Shown one piece after another: positions 52,564-63,758 of a DNA stretch of 64,000 bases. The notes beneath the pieces are model-generated. The model had not been told where the DNA came from and ran no database searches. It saw only the letters and a program-made list of their open reading frames with translations. The DNA lies in the NCBI GenBank assembly GCA_003214935.1, contig QCLA01000001.1:136492-200491 (forward strand), written 5' to 3'. The position numbers and the translations under genes are program-made. This DNA comes from Prochlorococcus sp. AG-412-F02 (GTDB lineage Bacteria; Cyanobacteriota; Cyanobacteriia; PCC-6307; Cyanobiaceae). How positions within the stretch are numbered: position 1 is the stretch's first letter; every line of letters begins with the position of its first letter.

Positions 52564-54378
52564 ATGCTAATCATTTTTAAAGAATTAACAAAAATCTTTG
52601 AGCAATCTCTTTTAGATAATCTTGAAAAAAATAATAAAAAAGGGGAATTCGATAATCTTAGAAAAAATTTAATTACACAATCATCAAAAGAAGACTTTGG
52701 GGATTATCAATGTAATGTTTGTCTAAGTTTATCTAAAATATATAAAAAGAATCCACGAGAGATCTCTAGTGATTTTGTTAACCTTTTAAATGAAAATAAA
52801 AGCATATCCGAACTATGCAAGAGTCTAGAAACAGCAGGGCCTGGATTTATAAATATAAAATTAAAAGATGATGTTCTAATAAATGAAATTAAATCAAATA
52901 TTCAATGTCAAAGGGCTGGAGTACCTCTAATTCAAAAAATTTTAAATAATGGCTTATCTAATAAAGTTATTGTAGATTTTTCTAGTCCGAATATTGCCAA
53001 AGAAATGCATGTAGGTCATTTAAGATCGACAATAATAGGGGACTCAATATCAAGAATCTTCGAGTTAAGAGGTTACGAAGTATTAAGACTAAATCATGTT
53101 GGTGATTGGGGTACACAATTTGGAATGCTTATCACTCAGCTCAAAGATTTATATTTAAATGATTTAAAAGAAATAGAAAAGATCAAGATTAGTGATTTAG
53201 TTGAATTTTATAAAACCTCAAAAAAACGATTTGATAATGAATCTGAATTTCAGAAAAGGTCTAGAGAAGAAGTAGTCAAGTTACAAAGTGGAGATAGTCA
53301 ATCAATTCAAGCTTGGAAGTTATTATGTGATCAATCTAGAAAAGAATTTGATGAGATCTATAAAAATTTAAATATAAAAATAAACGAAAGAGGTGAATCT
53401 TTTTATAATCCCTTCCTAAAGTCAGTTATTGAAGAGCTGAATTTGAAGAAAATACTCGTAGAAGATCAAGGTGCAAAATGTGTATTTTTAGATGGTATGA
53501 CTAATAAAGAAGGCAAACCTTTCCCTCTAATTATTCAAAAAAAAGATGGGGGTTTTAATTATGCTACTACAGATCTTGCTGCTATAAGATATCGATTCAA
53601 TAAAGCTCCTAATGGGGACGATGCTTCAAGAATCATTTATGTAACTGATCATGGACAAGCTAATCATTTTGCTGGAGTTTTTCAAGTCGCAAAAAGAGCA
53701 AAATGGATACCAGATAATTGTCAATTAGATCATGTGCCCTTTGGATTAGTTCAGGGAATTGATGGTAAAAAACTCAAGACAAGGGAAGGTGAAACAATAC
53801 GTCTAAAAGACTTATTAAAAGAAGCAGTTAGAAGAGCAAAAGAAGATTTATTGAAAAGATTAGAAAATGAAAATCGTTATGAAACCGAAGAATTTATTGC
53901 ACATACTTCAAGAATAATAGGATTAGGAGCTGTTAAATATGCAGATTTGAGTCAAAATAGGATTACTAATTATCAATTTAGTTTTGATAAAATGCTTTCC
54001 CTAAATGGAAACACTGCTCCTTATTTGTTATATACACTTGTAAGAATTTCAGGTATTAAAAGAAAAAACGATTTCGTTTATGACTCTAAAGATTTTCAAT
54101 ATATAAATTATGAACATCAATCTGAGTGGAAGCTTATAAGAAAATTACTTAAATTTGATGAAGTTATAATTTCTATTGAAAAAGATTTAATGCCAAACAG
54201 ACTATGCAATTATCTTTTTGAACTATGTCAGACTTTTAATAGATTCTATGATCAAGTTCCAATCCTCAAAGAAGAAAAAAATAAAAAAGTTTCTAGACTT
54301 AATTTATGTGACCTAACTGCAAAAACACTAAGATTAAGCTTAGAGCTTCTAGGAATTGAAACTTTAGAAAGAATGTAA
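52564..54378 (+). CDS. argS: Arginyl-tRNA synthetase
   Basis: [43 protein letters not shown] end. Confidence 0.98.
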   Translation: MLIIFKELTKIFEQSLLDNLEKNNKKGEFDNLRKNLITQSSKEDFGDYQCNVCLSLSKIYKKNPREISSDFVNLLNENKSISELCKSLETAGPGFINIKLKDDVLINEIKSNIQCQRAGVPLIQKILNNGLSNKVIVDFSSPNIAKEMHVGHLRSTIIGDSISRIFELRGYEVLRLNHVGDWGTQFGMLITQLKDLYLNDLKEIEKIKISDLVEFYKTSKKRFDNESEFQKRSREEVVKLQSGDSQSIQAWKLLCDQSRKEFDEIYKNLNIKINERGESFYNPFLKSVIEELNLKKILVEDQGAKCVFLDGMTNKEGKPFPLIIQKKDGGFNYATTDLAAIRYRFNKAPNGDDASRIIYVTDHGQANHFAGVFQVAKRAKWIPDNCQLDHVPFGLVQGIDGKKLKTREGETIRLKDLLKEAVRRAKEDLLKRLENENRYETEEFIAHTSRIIGLGAVKYADLSQNRITNYQFSFDKMLSLNGNTAPYLLYTLVRISGIKRKNDFVYDSKDFQYINYEHQSEWKLIRKLLKFDEVIISIEKDLMPNRLCNYLFELCQTFNRFYDQVPILKEEKNKKVSRLNLCDLTAKTLRLSLELLGIETLERM

Positions 54379-55487
54379 TGAATGATTTGGATCAATTAAA
54401 TAATCTTTTCCCAAAACCAAGAGAAGAAATAATAAATATGCAGTCTTACTCTGCACCTTTAGAAAATAGAAGAAATTTACTGCGCTTAGACTTCAACGAA
54501 AATACTTTAGGGCCCAGTCCAAAGGTTTTCGAGGCATTAAAAGAAATAAGATTAGATGAGATTTCAATTTATCCAGAATATAATGTATTAAAAAAATTTT
54601 TATGTGATCAATATATCGATTCAAGAGAATTCCGCAATGATGAAATAGGAATTTTCAATGGTGCAGATGCCGCAATAAATGCTATTTTCAATAGCTTTGG
54701 AGAAAAAGATGAAATATTTCTAACCACAAATCCTACTTTTGGTTACTATTCTCCTTGCTCAGAGATGAGAGGAATGAAGAAAGTAACTTGTTCCTACATA
54801 GGAGAACATTTTCTTTTCCCAATTAAGGAATTTGAAGAAAAAATCATAAAGCATAATCCAAAACTAATTTTTATTTGTAATCCAAATAATCCAACTGGAA
54901 CCGTTTTAAGCGCAAAAGAAATAATTCAATTAGCAAATATAAATAAAAACTCATTAATTGTCGTTGATGAACTTTATGAAAAATTCTATGGTGATACTCT
55001 TCTTAAATTAATAGATTTCGAAATAAACAAAAATATAGTCATTATTCAATCTTTATCAAAAACTGCTGGTTTAGCTGGTTTAAGAATAGGATTTACTTTT
55101 GGCCACAGAAGTTTAATTAAATATATTAATAAAGTTACAGGACCATATGATGTAAATAGCTTTGCTGTGACTGGAACATTGGCTGCGCTTAAGGATAAAT
55201 CATATATAGATAAATATGTTTTAGAAGTCAAAAAAGCAAGAGAATGGATTTTGAAGAAATTTAAATCTACCAAAATCAGAACTCACTTTAGCGGAGGTAA
55301 TTATTTCCTTATTTGGCCAAACAAAGATCCCCAAATTTTAATAGAACAGATGAGAGAAAAGGGTATTTTAATTAGAAGTATGGAAAATAAAAAAGATATC
55401 GGTAACTCTATAAGGGTAAGTATAGGGAATCAAGAGCAAATGAATTTTTTCTGGAATAATTATAAAGAATTAGATTTAAGCAATTAA
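54378..55487 (+). CDS. hisC: Histidinol-phosphate aminotransferase-like PLP enzyme
   Basis: LDFNEN, NGAD, CNPNNPTG, VDE.Y, SLSK..GLAGLRIG, RVSIG. Confidence 0.75.
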   Translation: MNDLDQLNNLFPKPREEIINMQSYSAPLENRRNLLRLDFNENTLGPSPKVFEALKEIRLDEISIYPEYNVLKKFLCDQYIDSREFRNDEIGIFNGADAAINAIFNSFGEKDEIFLTTNPTFGYYSPCSEMRGMKKVTCSYIGEHFLFPIKEFEEKIIKHNPKLIFICNPNNPTGTVLSAKEIIQLANINKNSLIVVDELYEKFYGDTLLKLIDFEINKNIVIIQSLSKTAGLAGLRIGFTFGHRSLIKYINKVTGPYDVNSFAVTGTLAALKDKSYIDKYVLEVKKAREWILKKFKSTKIRTHFSGGNYFLIWPNKDPQILIEQMREKGILIRSMENKKDIGNSIRVSIGNQEQMNFFWNNYKELDLSN

Positions 55488-56212
55488 TAACTGAAGATAT
55501 AAATACTATTTCCTTCAATTCTTTTTGGATTGATTTGAAAATTTTTTCCAACATATTTAACTTTAAAATCTTTCATATTTTTAAGAAATAAATCAGCATT
55601 TGAAAAATCACAATCTTCAGATTTTTTTCTTCCGCGTGTAAAATGAACAGGTATAACAATAGAAGGTTTTAAAGTTTTAACTATTCTTGAAGCCTCTTCA
55701 CCATTATAAGATTTTATTCCTCCTCCAATTGAAATAAATAAGATATCTGGACGAGACAAAACAATTTTGCTGCTAATATCCATTTCACCAGCAGCTCCTC
55801 CCATATGGACTATTTTTAGATTATTTTGCTCCCAACTCCAAACAGTAGCCATACCGAATCTCCTTCCTCCTAATCTGTCATGAGGAACAGTAATACCATT
55901 TAATAAAATATCTTTATATTTATAGATTCCTGGCTCCACAAACATCAAGTTATTTTTTGGATTATATCCCTCATCTGAAAGTGTAGAACTAGCTAGAATA
56001 AAATCTGCATTGCGTGCTTTTGGTTCCACTAAATTACTTGCACAACCTTTAGCCTTAAAAGGATTTATAAGAATTGATTTTCCTTCACCTCTAATTAAAA
56101 AACTACTATGACCAAAACTTTTTAAAGAAAGTTTATCTGCCAATGCAGAGGGAGGTAGAAGAAAGCTAAATAATATAAAAAGTAGAATTTTGTTGATTGT
56201 GATAATAGTCAT
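55484..56212 (-). CDS. MBL-fold (beta-lactamase superfamily) protein with signal peptide and degenerate metal site
   Basis: GHSSFLI, PHD..GG, VHMG, L.P..VIPVHF; LASSTLSDEG at the HxHxDH position. Confidence 0.75.
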   Translation of the reverse strand: MTIITINKILLFILFSFLLPPSALADKLSLKSFGHSSFLIRGEGKSILINPFKAKGCASNLVEPKARNADFILASSTLSDEGYNPKNNLMFVEPGIYKYKDILLNGITVPHDRLGGRRFGMATVWSWEQNNLKIVHMGGAAGEMDISSKIVLSRPDILFISIGGGIKSYNGEEASRIVKTLKPSIVIPVHFTRGRKKSEDCDFSNADLFLKNMKDFKVKYVGKNFQINPKRIEGNSIYIFSY

Positions 56213-56220
56213 AAACTTAT

Positions 56221-56826
56221 TTAATATTTTACTTTTTTTTCGGCAATTTTTAGAAAATTACTAATTAATTTATGACCAAATTGTGTCAAGACACTTTCTG
56301 GATGAAACTGTACACCATGCAAGTGATGATATTCTTTATGAGAAATTGCCATAATAGTTGAGTCTTCTAAAGTAGCAGTTATCTCAAAACAAGATGGGAG
56401 AGAAGCTGAATCAACTATAAGGCTATGGTATCTTGTCGCTACAAAAGGATTTTCAATATCTTTAAATAATCCTATTTTATTGTGAAAAATTTTGGATGTC
56501 TTACCATGCATAAGTTCTTTACCAATTATTACATTACCTCCAAAAGCTTGAGCCAAAGCTTGGTGGCCTAAACAAACACCCAATATTGGAATATGCTTAG
56601 ATAAATTTTTTAGTATTGGGAGACAAATTCCAGATTGATCTGGATTGCCAGGTCCTGGAGATAATAAAATGCCGCCAGGATTGATTTTAGTAATTTCTTC
56701 TAATGTAATTTCATCATTTCTTTTTACTATTAATTCTTTAGTGATTTGATGTTCATCCGAAAGCTCTCCCAAATATTGAACAAGGTTATAAGTAAAACTA
56801 TCGTAATTATCAATAACTAAAAACAT
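56221..56826 (-). CDS. Anthranilate/aminodeoxychorismate synthase glutamine amidotransferase component (TrpG/PabA)
   Basis: MFLVIDNYDSFTYN, SPGPG, GVCLGHQ, RYHSL, QFHPES; ATG 56826. Confidence 0.95.
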   Translation of the reverse strand: MFLVIDNYDSFTYNLVQYLGELSDEHQITKELIVKRNDEITLEEITKINPGGILLSPGPGNPDQSGICLPILKNLSKHIPILGVCLGHQALAQAFGGNVIIGKELMHGKTSKIFHNKIGLFKDIENPFVATRYHSLIVDSASLPSCFEITATLEDSTIMAISHKEYHHLHGVQFHPESVLTQFGHKLISNFLKIAEKKVKY

Positions 56827-56839
56827 ACTTTTATAAACT

Positions 56840-57250
56840 TTAAAATAACAACTTGATTTTAGGAATAAATATATATACACCAATAATAACAGAATTAATG
56901 GAAGCTAATAATACAGCCCCTGCAGAAGTATCTTTAGCAATTTTAGCCAAATTACTAAATTCTTTTTTAATTACTAGATCTACTATGGTTTCAATAGATG
57001 TGTTTAATGTTTCCAATATTAATACAGACATAATTGTGGCAACCAAAATCAAATAACTACTTTTACTGATTTGAAGTAAAGAACCTATAATTAAACTGAT
57101 TAAAGCAAAAACAAATTGAATCTTAAAATTTCTTGAAGTTTTAAATACGTAAGAAATGCCATTTAAAGCATACTTAAAACTTATAAAAAAATTTTTAGAA
57201 GTCTTGTATGATTCTATTCTGCTTTCTAAAGGGTTATTTTTTTTTTGCAT
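56840..57250 (-). CDS. dgkA: Diacylglycerol/undecaprenol kinase family
   Basis: SF.YA..GI, ETLNTSIE..VD, AK.AKD.SAGAV. Confidence 0.9.
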   Translation of the reverse strand: MQKKNNPLESRIESYKTSKNFFISFKYALNGISYVFKTSRNFKIQFVFALISLIIGSLLQISKSSYLILVATIMSVLILETLNTSIETIVDLVIKKEFSNLAKIAKDTSAGAVLLASINSVIIGVYIFIPKIKLLF

Positions 57251-57257
57251 AAAATTT

Positions 57258-57797
57258 TTAAGTTAAATTAGAAATTAAATATTCTTGAAAACTTAACATA
57301 TTTTTCAATTCATTATCATCTTTATGTTCCCAACCCAAAAGATGTAAAAATCCATGACTTGCCAACCATAGCATTTCTGTTTTTATAGAGTGTTTATATT
57401 CATAAGATTGCTCAAGTGCCATCTCAAATGATATAAATATATCTCCCAACTCTATGAGATCTAAATTATGTAAAGATTCATCAGAAATGATTGGAAAAGA
57501 TAGAACATCAGTTGGTCCATTTTTTTGCATCCACTTATGGTTCATAGAAGCAATTTCTTGATTAGATATTATTTGTAAGCCTAATGAAAAAGATTTTTTT
57601 TTAAAAATAAATTTTGGCAATTTATAATCTTCTTTTTTTAATATTGTATTTATCCAAGATAAAAAAACTTGCTCCCAAAAAATAGATTCGAAAATAAGCT
57701 TAGTTTTAGTATCTATTAACTTATTTGAAAATTGAGAAGAATCATTACATTGAAAAACCAAATCTAAATTTATTTCAGAAATAATTTTTTCTTTCAT
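57258..57797 (-). CDS. ybeY: rRNA maturation endoribonuclease YbeY
   Basis: [26 protein letters not shown]. Confidence 0.93.
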   Translation of the reverse strand: MKEKIISEINLDLVFQCNDSSQFSNKLIDTKTKLIFESIFWEQVFLSWINTILKKEDYKLPKFIFKKKSFSLGLQIISNQEIASMNHKWMQKNGPTDVLSFPIISDESLHNLDLIELGDIFISFEMALEQSYEYKHSIKTEMLWLASHGFLHLLGWEHKDDNELKNMLSFQEYLISNLT

Positions 57798-57803
57798 ACA
57801 TTC

Positions 57804-57986
57804 TTATACAGGAATATTGGGCTTACCTATTGTGGCCACAAGTATTAATATCCCAATTAAAACTAGAAAGGTTATTAAAAAATGAGAAATACTTTTTGAA
57901 CCCTTCCTTACCATATTTCTCATAGCAAGCTTTATAAAGCTTGGAGGAGCAACTTTTCTTTCTAAATTTTCGTTTTTATTTTCCAT
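57804..57986 (-). CDS. DUF3285-family small membrane protein
   Basis: PSFIKLAMRNMVRKG..S..HF plus C-terminal TM. Confidence 0.85.
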   Translation of the reverse strand: MENKNENLERKVAPPSFIKLAMRNMVRKGSKSISHFLITFLVLIGILILVATIGKPNIPV

Positions 57987-57989
57987 TAG

Positions 57990-59112
57990 TTATTCAATAG
58001 ATTCGTTATTAGAAATATTCATGCGTAATAATTCATGAATAAATGGATCAAGTCCACCATCTAAAACACTATCTAAGTCGTTAGTCTCCTGCATAGTCCT
58101 AAGATCTTTTACCATTTGATAGGGATGGAAAACATAATTTCTTATTTGATTGCCCCATGCAGCTTCCACAATATCACCTTTAATATCAGCTACTTCAGCA
58201 GCTCGTTGTTCTTTAGCAATCACTAGTAGTTTAGACTTAAGAAGTAACATAGCTTTTTCTTTATTTTGTAATTGAGATCTTTCTTGAGTGCATCTTACTG
58301 AAATCCCTGTAGGCAAATGAACAATTCTTACTGCTGTTTCTACTTTATTAACATTTTGTCCTCCAGCTCCACCGGATCTACTCGTTGTAATTTCTAAATC
58401 TTTTTCAGGTATATCAAGTGAAATATTGTCATCTAATTTTGGCATAACCTCTACCCCAGCAAAGCTGGTTTGTCTTTTGCCATTAGCATTGAAAGGAGAA
58501 ATTCTTACTAATCTATGAGTTCCTTTTTCATGTTGAAGATAGCCGTATGCATATTTCCCATCAATTTCGAACGTTACACTTTTAATACCTGCTTCTTCTC
58601 CTGGAGATAATTCATTGATGATAAGGTTCATTTGATTATTATCGGCCCATCTTGAATACATTCTCAATAATATCTCTACCCAATCCTGTGCATCTGTTCC
58701 ACCCGCACCTGAGTTAATAGAAACTACTGCTCCTTCCTTATCGTATTCACCACATAACAATCTTTCAAATTCCCATTTATCTAAATTCTCTCTTAATTTC
58801 TTTAGGCCCTGCTGGGATTCCACAATCATTTCCTCTTCAGGTTCTAAAGAATAAAGCTCAAGAGAGGCATTAGCATCAGAAATAAAAGTTTGCCATTTAT
58901 CTAACAATTCGAGTTGGACTTTGACATCATCAAGGATTAACATTTGTTTTTTCGCTTCTTCTTGATTCTCCCAAAATTCAGGCTGCGCTGAAATTTGCTC
59001 TAACTCTCTCCTTTTCGCTTTTAATCTTGGAACGTCAAAGACAATCCTGAGCATTACCCAGGCGCTTTGTTAGTTCTGAAAGATCTTTTTTGAAATCTGT
59101 AATATCTATCAA
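57990..59112 (-). CDS. prfB: Peptide chain release factor 2, translated via programmed +1 frameshift
   Basis: TTG 59112 opens [25 protein letters not shown], then CTT-TGA-C (59040-59034) shifts into the long frame with SPF and GGQ motifs. Confidence 0.96.
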
Positions 59113-59188
59113 AATAGAATTTTATCGTTATTTATAATCTAACAAGCACTTTTGTTTAATAGTATAAACTAAGTATTATTTTAAAAAA

Positions 59189-59443
59189 ATGTCCAAAGTT
59201 GAAATTTATACTTGGCAATATTGTCCATTCTGTATTCGAGCAAAATCTCTACTCAAGAAAAAAAATATAAATTTTACAGAATATAAAATAGATGGCGATG
59301 AAAATGCCAGAGCATTGATGACTGAAAGGGCTGATGGTAGAAGAACATTACCACAAATATTTATAGATAATGAGGGTATCGGAGGCTGCGATGATCTCTA
59401 CATACTAGAAAATGAAAATAAACTAGACGCATTATTAAACTAG
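59189..59443 (+). CDS. grxC: Glutaredoxin 3
   Basis: CPFC, TLPQIFI, IGGCDDL. Confidence 0.95.
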   Translation: MSKVEIYTWQYCPFCIRAKSLLKKKNINFTEYKIDGDENARALMTERADGRRTLPQIFIDNEGIGGCDDLYILENENKLDALLN

Positions 59444-59448
59444 CTCTT

Positions 59449-60372
59449 ATGAAATTCCTATTCGTAATAGATCCAATAAATAATATAAATCCCTTAAAAG
59501 ATTCATCTGCTGCTTTAATGCAAGCATCATCAAAAAAAAATATTGAAATCTGGAGTTGTACGCCTCAAGACCTTGAGGCTAGAGGTGATGAAGTATGGGC
59601 ATCTTCGGTAAAAGTTGAAGTAAATCCGTGGATTTCTTTCAAAGAGAATTACTGCATACCTCTCGCCGAATTTAATTGTATTTGGATGAGAAAAGATCCT
59701 CCTGTAAATGAGGCATATTTATATGCAACCCATCTCTTAGAAGTTGCCGAAAGAAAAGGAGTAAAAGTAATTAACAAACCTTCATCATTAAGGGCATGGA
59801 ATGAAAAGTTAGGTGCTTTGAGATACAGCCACTTAATGGCACCAACAATAGTTGCGAGTAAGGTAAAAGATCTTATTAATTTTGCAAATATAAATAATGA
59901 AGTAGTCATAAAACCTCTTGGAGGAAAAGGTGGTCAAGGTGTTATCAGGATAAATAAAAATTCCCCAGGTATTAAATCAATCATTGAACTAATAACTTCT
60001 CAAGAAAAATTACCCGTTATGATGCAAAAATTTATTCCTGAAGTAATAGAGGGTGATAAAAGAATAATTATTGTAAATGGTGAAGCAATTGGATTTATAA
60101 ATAGGATTCCTCAAGGAGGCGATTTTAGGAGTAATTTAGCGATGGGAGGGAAGGCTGAAGCAACATTATTAACAGAAAAAGAAAAAATTATCTGCTCAGA
60201 GTTATCTCAACATTTCAAAGATGAAGGTTTATTTTTTGTGGGTATTGATGTCATAAATGGAATGCTTAGCGAGATTAATGTAACCAGTCCAACAGGTTTA
60301 AGAGAAATAGAAAATTTATCCAATAAGAATGTTTCAGAGGAAGTTATTGAAAAATTAATGGAAATTATCTAG
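59449..60372 (+). CDS. gshB: Glutathione synthetase
   Basis: [41 protein letters not shown]. Confidence 0.97.
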   Translation: MKFLFVIDPINNINPLKDSSAALMQASSKKNIEIWSCTPQDLEARGDEVWASSVKVEVNPWISFKENYCIPLAEFNCIWMRKDPPVNEAYLYATHLLEVAERKGVKVINKPSSLRAWNEKLGALRYSHLMAPTIVASKVKDLINFANINNEVVIKPLGGKGGQGVIRINKNSPGIKSIIELITSQEKLPVMMQKFIPEVIEGDKRIIIVNGEAIGFINRIPQGGDFRSNLAMGGKAEATLLTEKEKIICSELSQHFKDEGLFFVGIDVINGMLSEINVTSPTGLREIENLSNKNVSEEVIEKLMEII

Positions 60373-61777
60373 GATTTTTAGCAAAAAATATTTGTTTTAC
60401 TATAGATTCAAATTTTAATTTAATCTCATCTATTTCTTTCTCTAAAACAGAACCTGAAACTATACCTGAACCGGCAGTAAATTCAATATTTTCTTCAATA
60501 TATCTTGCGCCTCTTATTGCTAAGAGAAATGAAGCATTTCCTGATGCATCAACCCAACCCATTGGAGCAGCATAATTTCCTCTAGGAAAAGACTCAAGAA
60601 TGTTTATCCAATCCAATGCTTCATTTTTTGGGTATCCACAAACAGCCGGAGATGGATGCAAGTTTTTAAGCAATTCAAAAGGACATATGTTTTCAACTTT
60701 AGAGAAAATGAGTGTTTGCAAATGAGAAATATCTCCAAAAGAATTTACCTTGATATCACTTTTTTTAAAGTTTGTTATTTTTGTAACTTCTAAACATTTA
60801 ATTAAATACTGTATTACATAATTATGTTCCTTTAAGTCTTTAGAACTTCTAAGGAGTTTATTCAAATTTGAATTAGTTGAGATAGTTCCAGCAAGAGCCT
60901 CTAAAGTTAAATTTGGTTTAGTAAAAGAAAATAATTTTTCTGGAGATGCTCCAAACAATATATCCTTACTATTCCTTTTCCAAACGTATCTGCATGTATT
61001 AGGTTGATTCTTTTTTAATCTTTTTAAAATTTCTACTACATTTAATTTATTTGTAAGTTTTATTTTAATCCTATTAGCTAAAACTATCTTTTCAAGGATA
61101 CCTTTCTCTACTAATTGAATTCCTCTATTTACTACTTTTTTCAGATTTATATTAGAAGTTTCTAAGGAGTTTAAGAAATCATCAAGAATAGGTAAATCAA
61201 AACTAGTTTTTAAGCTAGATAATTTTTTTAATTCGGAGCCAGAATTAATAACTTGATTTCTAATTGCCCATATTTCTTCAATTAATCTTCTTAATGATGA
61301 CTTATCTTCAACATGTCCATTGATTCTTAACCAGCAATTCTTATCACTTTTGATAATTAATATTTTTGGTAAGATAGCTTCCAAACTAGGAACATCTGAA
61401 GATAAATTCTTATTATTCAAATTTTCAGAAAAAGAAAATAAATAAATTATTTTTGAAAGTGAGGAAATATGTGATTCATTTGTTAAGTTAATTAAATTTT
61501 TAAAATTCTCAGAATTAAACTCATTGGCTACCTCAAATCTTTTTGGGCCATCCAAAGTAACATATTTACATTTCTCAAAAGCAATATATGAAATACCATC
61601 AGATTCCTCCCAAAAGGAAGAAAAGGGATATTTATTTATAAATAATTCATATACTTGAAATAAATCAATACAAGGAATCTCAACACAAATACTTACTAAT
61701 CCAGAATTTTCTACTTTCTTATCGAAAGTAGAAAATACATCTTTTAAAAAATCTGTAAATTTTAAATCATTTTTCAT
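60365..61777 (-). CDS. menF: Isochorismate synthase
   Basis: KIVLA, FGASPE, EALAGT, K...[25 protein letters not shown]. Confidence 0.9.
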   Translation of the reverse strand: MKNDLKFTDFLKDVFSTFDKKVENSGLVSICVEIPCIDLFQVYELFINKYPFSSFWEESDGISYIAFEKCKYVTLDGPKRFEVANEFNSENFKNLINLTNESHISSLSKIIYLFSFSENLNNKNLSSDVPSLEAILPKILIIKSDKNCWLRINGHVEDKSSLRRLIEEIWAIRNQVINSGSELKKLSSLKTSFDLPILDDFLNSLETSNINLKKVVNRGIQLVEKGILEKIVLANRIKIKLTNKLNVVEILKRLKKNQPNTCRYVWKRNSKDILFGASPEKLFSFTKPNLTLEALAGTISTNSNLNKLLRSSKDLKEHNYVIQYLIKCLEVTKITNFKKSDIKVNSFGDISHLQTLIFSKVENICPFELLKNLHPSPAVCGYPKNEALDWINILESFPRGNYAAPMGWVDASGNASFLLAIRGARYIEENIEFTAGSGIVSGSVLEKEIDEIKLKFESIVKQIFFAKNPR

Positions 61778-61878
61778 TACTTATTGAAAATAACTAAAAA
61801 TCATGCAATAAAGTAAAAAATGTAACTCAATTTATAAACTACATTTAATAATGATGAAATTTTTTGTGTTAATTAAAA

Positions 61879-62796
61879 ATGGATGAAAATAAAAATAAAT
61901 TATGGAAACAAGCAATAAAATGGCCTCTTTATTCTGTTGCAATACTTCCAGTTTTTATAACAGGGGCTTATTTACTCAATCAATATGAAAAAGTAAAAAT
62001 TTTTAATTTGATTGCATTTACTTTAGCTGCAATTTTGATATTACTTTGGGAAAATCTAACTAATGATTTATTCGATGCAGAAACAGGAATCGATGAATTT
62101 AAATTCCATTCAATTGTAAATCTTATAAAAAATAAAAAAATAATTTCATTTATTGCATATATATCTTTAGTTATTGGTTTATTAATAATTTCAATTATTT
62201 CAGTATCAACAAGCATAAACATTTTGATTTTGGTGACAGCTTGCTGCTTATTAGGATATTTATATCAAGGGCCTCCTTTTAGATTTGGCTATCAAGGTTT
62301 AGGAGAACCATTATGCTGGCTTGCATTTGGACCTTTTGCTTACTCTGCAGTCTTAATTGCATTAAATCCATCTAATATTTATTTCGAACATATTCCTTGG
62401 AAAGCTTCTTTATTACTTGGTTCGGGACCTTCGTTGGCAACAACTCTTGTATTATTCTGTTCTCATTTTCATCAAATTATTGAAGATAAAAAACATGGGA
62501 AAAATTCACCTTTAGTGCGCTTAGGAGCAAAAAAAGGTTCTCAATTTGTGCCTTGGATAATTTTTACAATATATATTTTTCAACTTTTCACTATAGTTAC
62601 TGGATTTATTCCAGTTTTTTGTATCCTTTATTTTATTAGTTTACCCCAAGCAATAAGACTCATAAATTTATTAAAGTCTTCATATAACAAACCTGCATTA
62701 ATAAAAAATTGCAAATTCATCGCAATAAAATTTCAAACTCTTAATGGCGTTGGCTTAATCACAGGATTAATTTTTAATTACTTGATTAATAAATGA
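61879..62796 (+). CDS. menA: 1,4-dihydroxy-2-naphthoate phytyltransferase
   Basis: AIKWPLYSVA, NLTND.FD..TGID, YQGPPFR.GY.GLGE, D..HGK.SP.VRLG. Confidence 0.93.
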   Translation: MDENKNKLWKQAIKWPLYSVAILPVFITGAYLLNQYEKVKIFNLIAFTLAAILILLWENLTNDLFDAETGIDEFKFHSIVNLIKNKKIISFIAYISLVIGLLIISIISVSTSINILILVTACCLLGYLYQGPPFRFGYQGLGEPLCWLAFGPFAYSAVLIALNPSNIYFEHIPWKASLLLGSGPSLATTLVLFCSHFHQIIEDKKHGKNSPLVRLGAKKGSQFVPWIIFTIYIFQLFTIVTGFIPVFCILYFISLPQAIRLINLLKSSYNKPALIKNCKFIAIKFQTLNGVGLITGLIFNYLINK

Positions 62797-63758
62797 ACTT
62801 AATATTTAAAAAAAAATCTTTTTGCTTTAATTTATCCACAAAAGTAGAAAATTCTAAAACCACTTACCTTACAAAATCGGGTTGGATAATTAAATTAAAA
62901 AATAATGATAAAAAAATTGGATTTGGAGAGGTTTCACCTCTGCTAAAAGAAGACTTAAAAAAATGTGAAGAACAATTAAATATGATTCCTGAGTGTGTAG
63001 GAGTATTAAATTTATCTGAGCAAATAAATATTTTTCACCCTTGCATCCAATCTGCAATAAATTCAGCTTTAGCAGAAATAAATGGAGAAATAATTTTTAA
63101 AGAAAACTATTATTTTGATGAAATTGATAAAACAGCAATACTATTAAATCCTAATAATGTAATTTCAGATTTAAATAAAATTAAAAAAAGTCAATCTAAT
63201 ATTGGAAAAACAGTAACCATAAAATGGAAAGTAGCTTTAAAAAATAATAATGAGGAAGAAGCAATTTTAGAAGAAATTTTAAGCCAAATAGACAATAATA
63301 TTAACTTAAGGATAGATGCGAATGGTTCTTGGGGAAGGGAGATGGCTAACAGATGGGCTGATATTTTAAAAGATAACAAAAATATAGATTGGTTGGAACA
63401 ACCTCTTTCTGTTGATGATATTGATGGACTAAAAGAACTCAATAAAAAAATTCCAATAGCTTTAGACGAATCACTTTTAAAATTTCCAACTTTGATTGAT
63501 AAGTGGAAGGGTTGGCAAATTAGAAGACCTTCTCAAGAAAAGAATCCAGATAAGCTGTTAAGAGACTTAGAAAATAAAAAAGCTTTAATATCTATAAGCA
63601 CTTCATTTGAAACTGGAATAGGCAGGAGATGGCTTTATCATTTATCGTCTCTACAATTACAGGGACCAACACCAAAAGTTCCTGGATTAGCAATGAATAA
63701 GTTCCCTAACTCTTTCCTATTTTCAAATCAAGCACAAAAGATATGGGATCAACTATGA
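62793..63758 (+). CDS. menC: o-succinylbenzoate synthase
   Basis: GFGEVSP, KWK, RIDANG.W, LEQP, ALDES, S.FETGIG. Confidence 0.88.
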   Translation: MNLIFKKKSFCFNLSTKVENSKTTYLTKSGWIIKLKNNDKKIGFGEVSPLLKEDLKKCEEQLNMIPECVGVLNLSEQINIFHPCIQSAINSALAEINGEIIFKENYYFDEIDKTAILLNPNNVISDLNKIKKSQSNIGKTVTIKWKVALKNNNEEEAILEEILSQIDNNINLRIDANGSWGREMANRWADILKDNKNIDWLEQPLSVDDIDGLKELNKKIPIALDESLLKFPTLIDKWKGWQIRRPSQEKNPDKLLRDLENKKALISISTSFETGIGRRWLYHLSSLQLQGPTPKVPGLAMNKFPNSFLFSNQAQKIWDQL

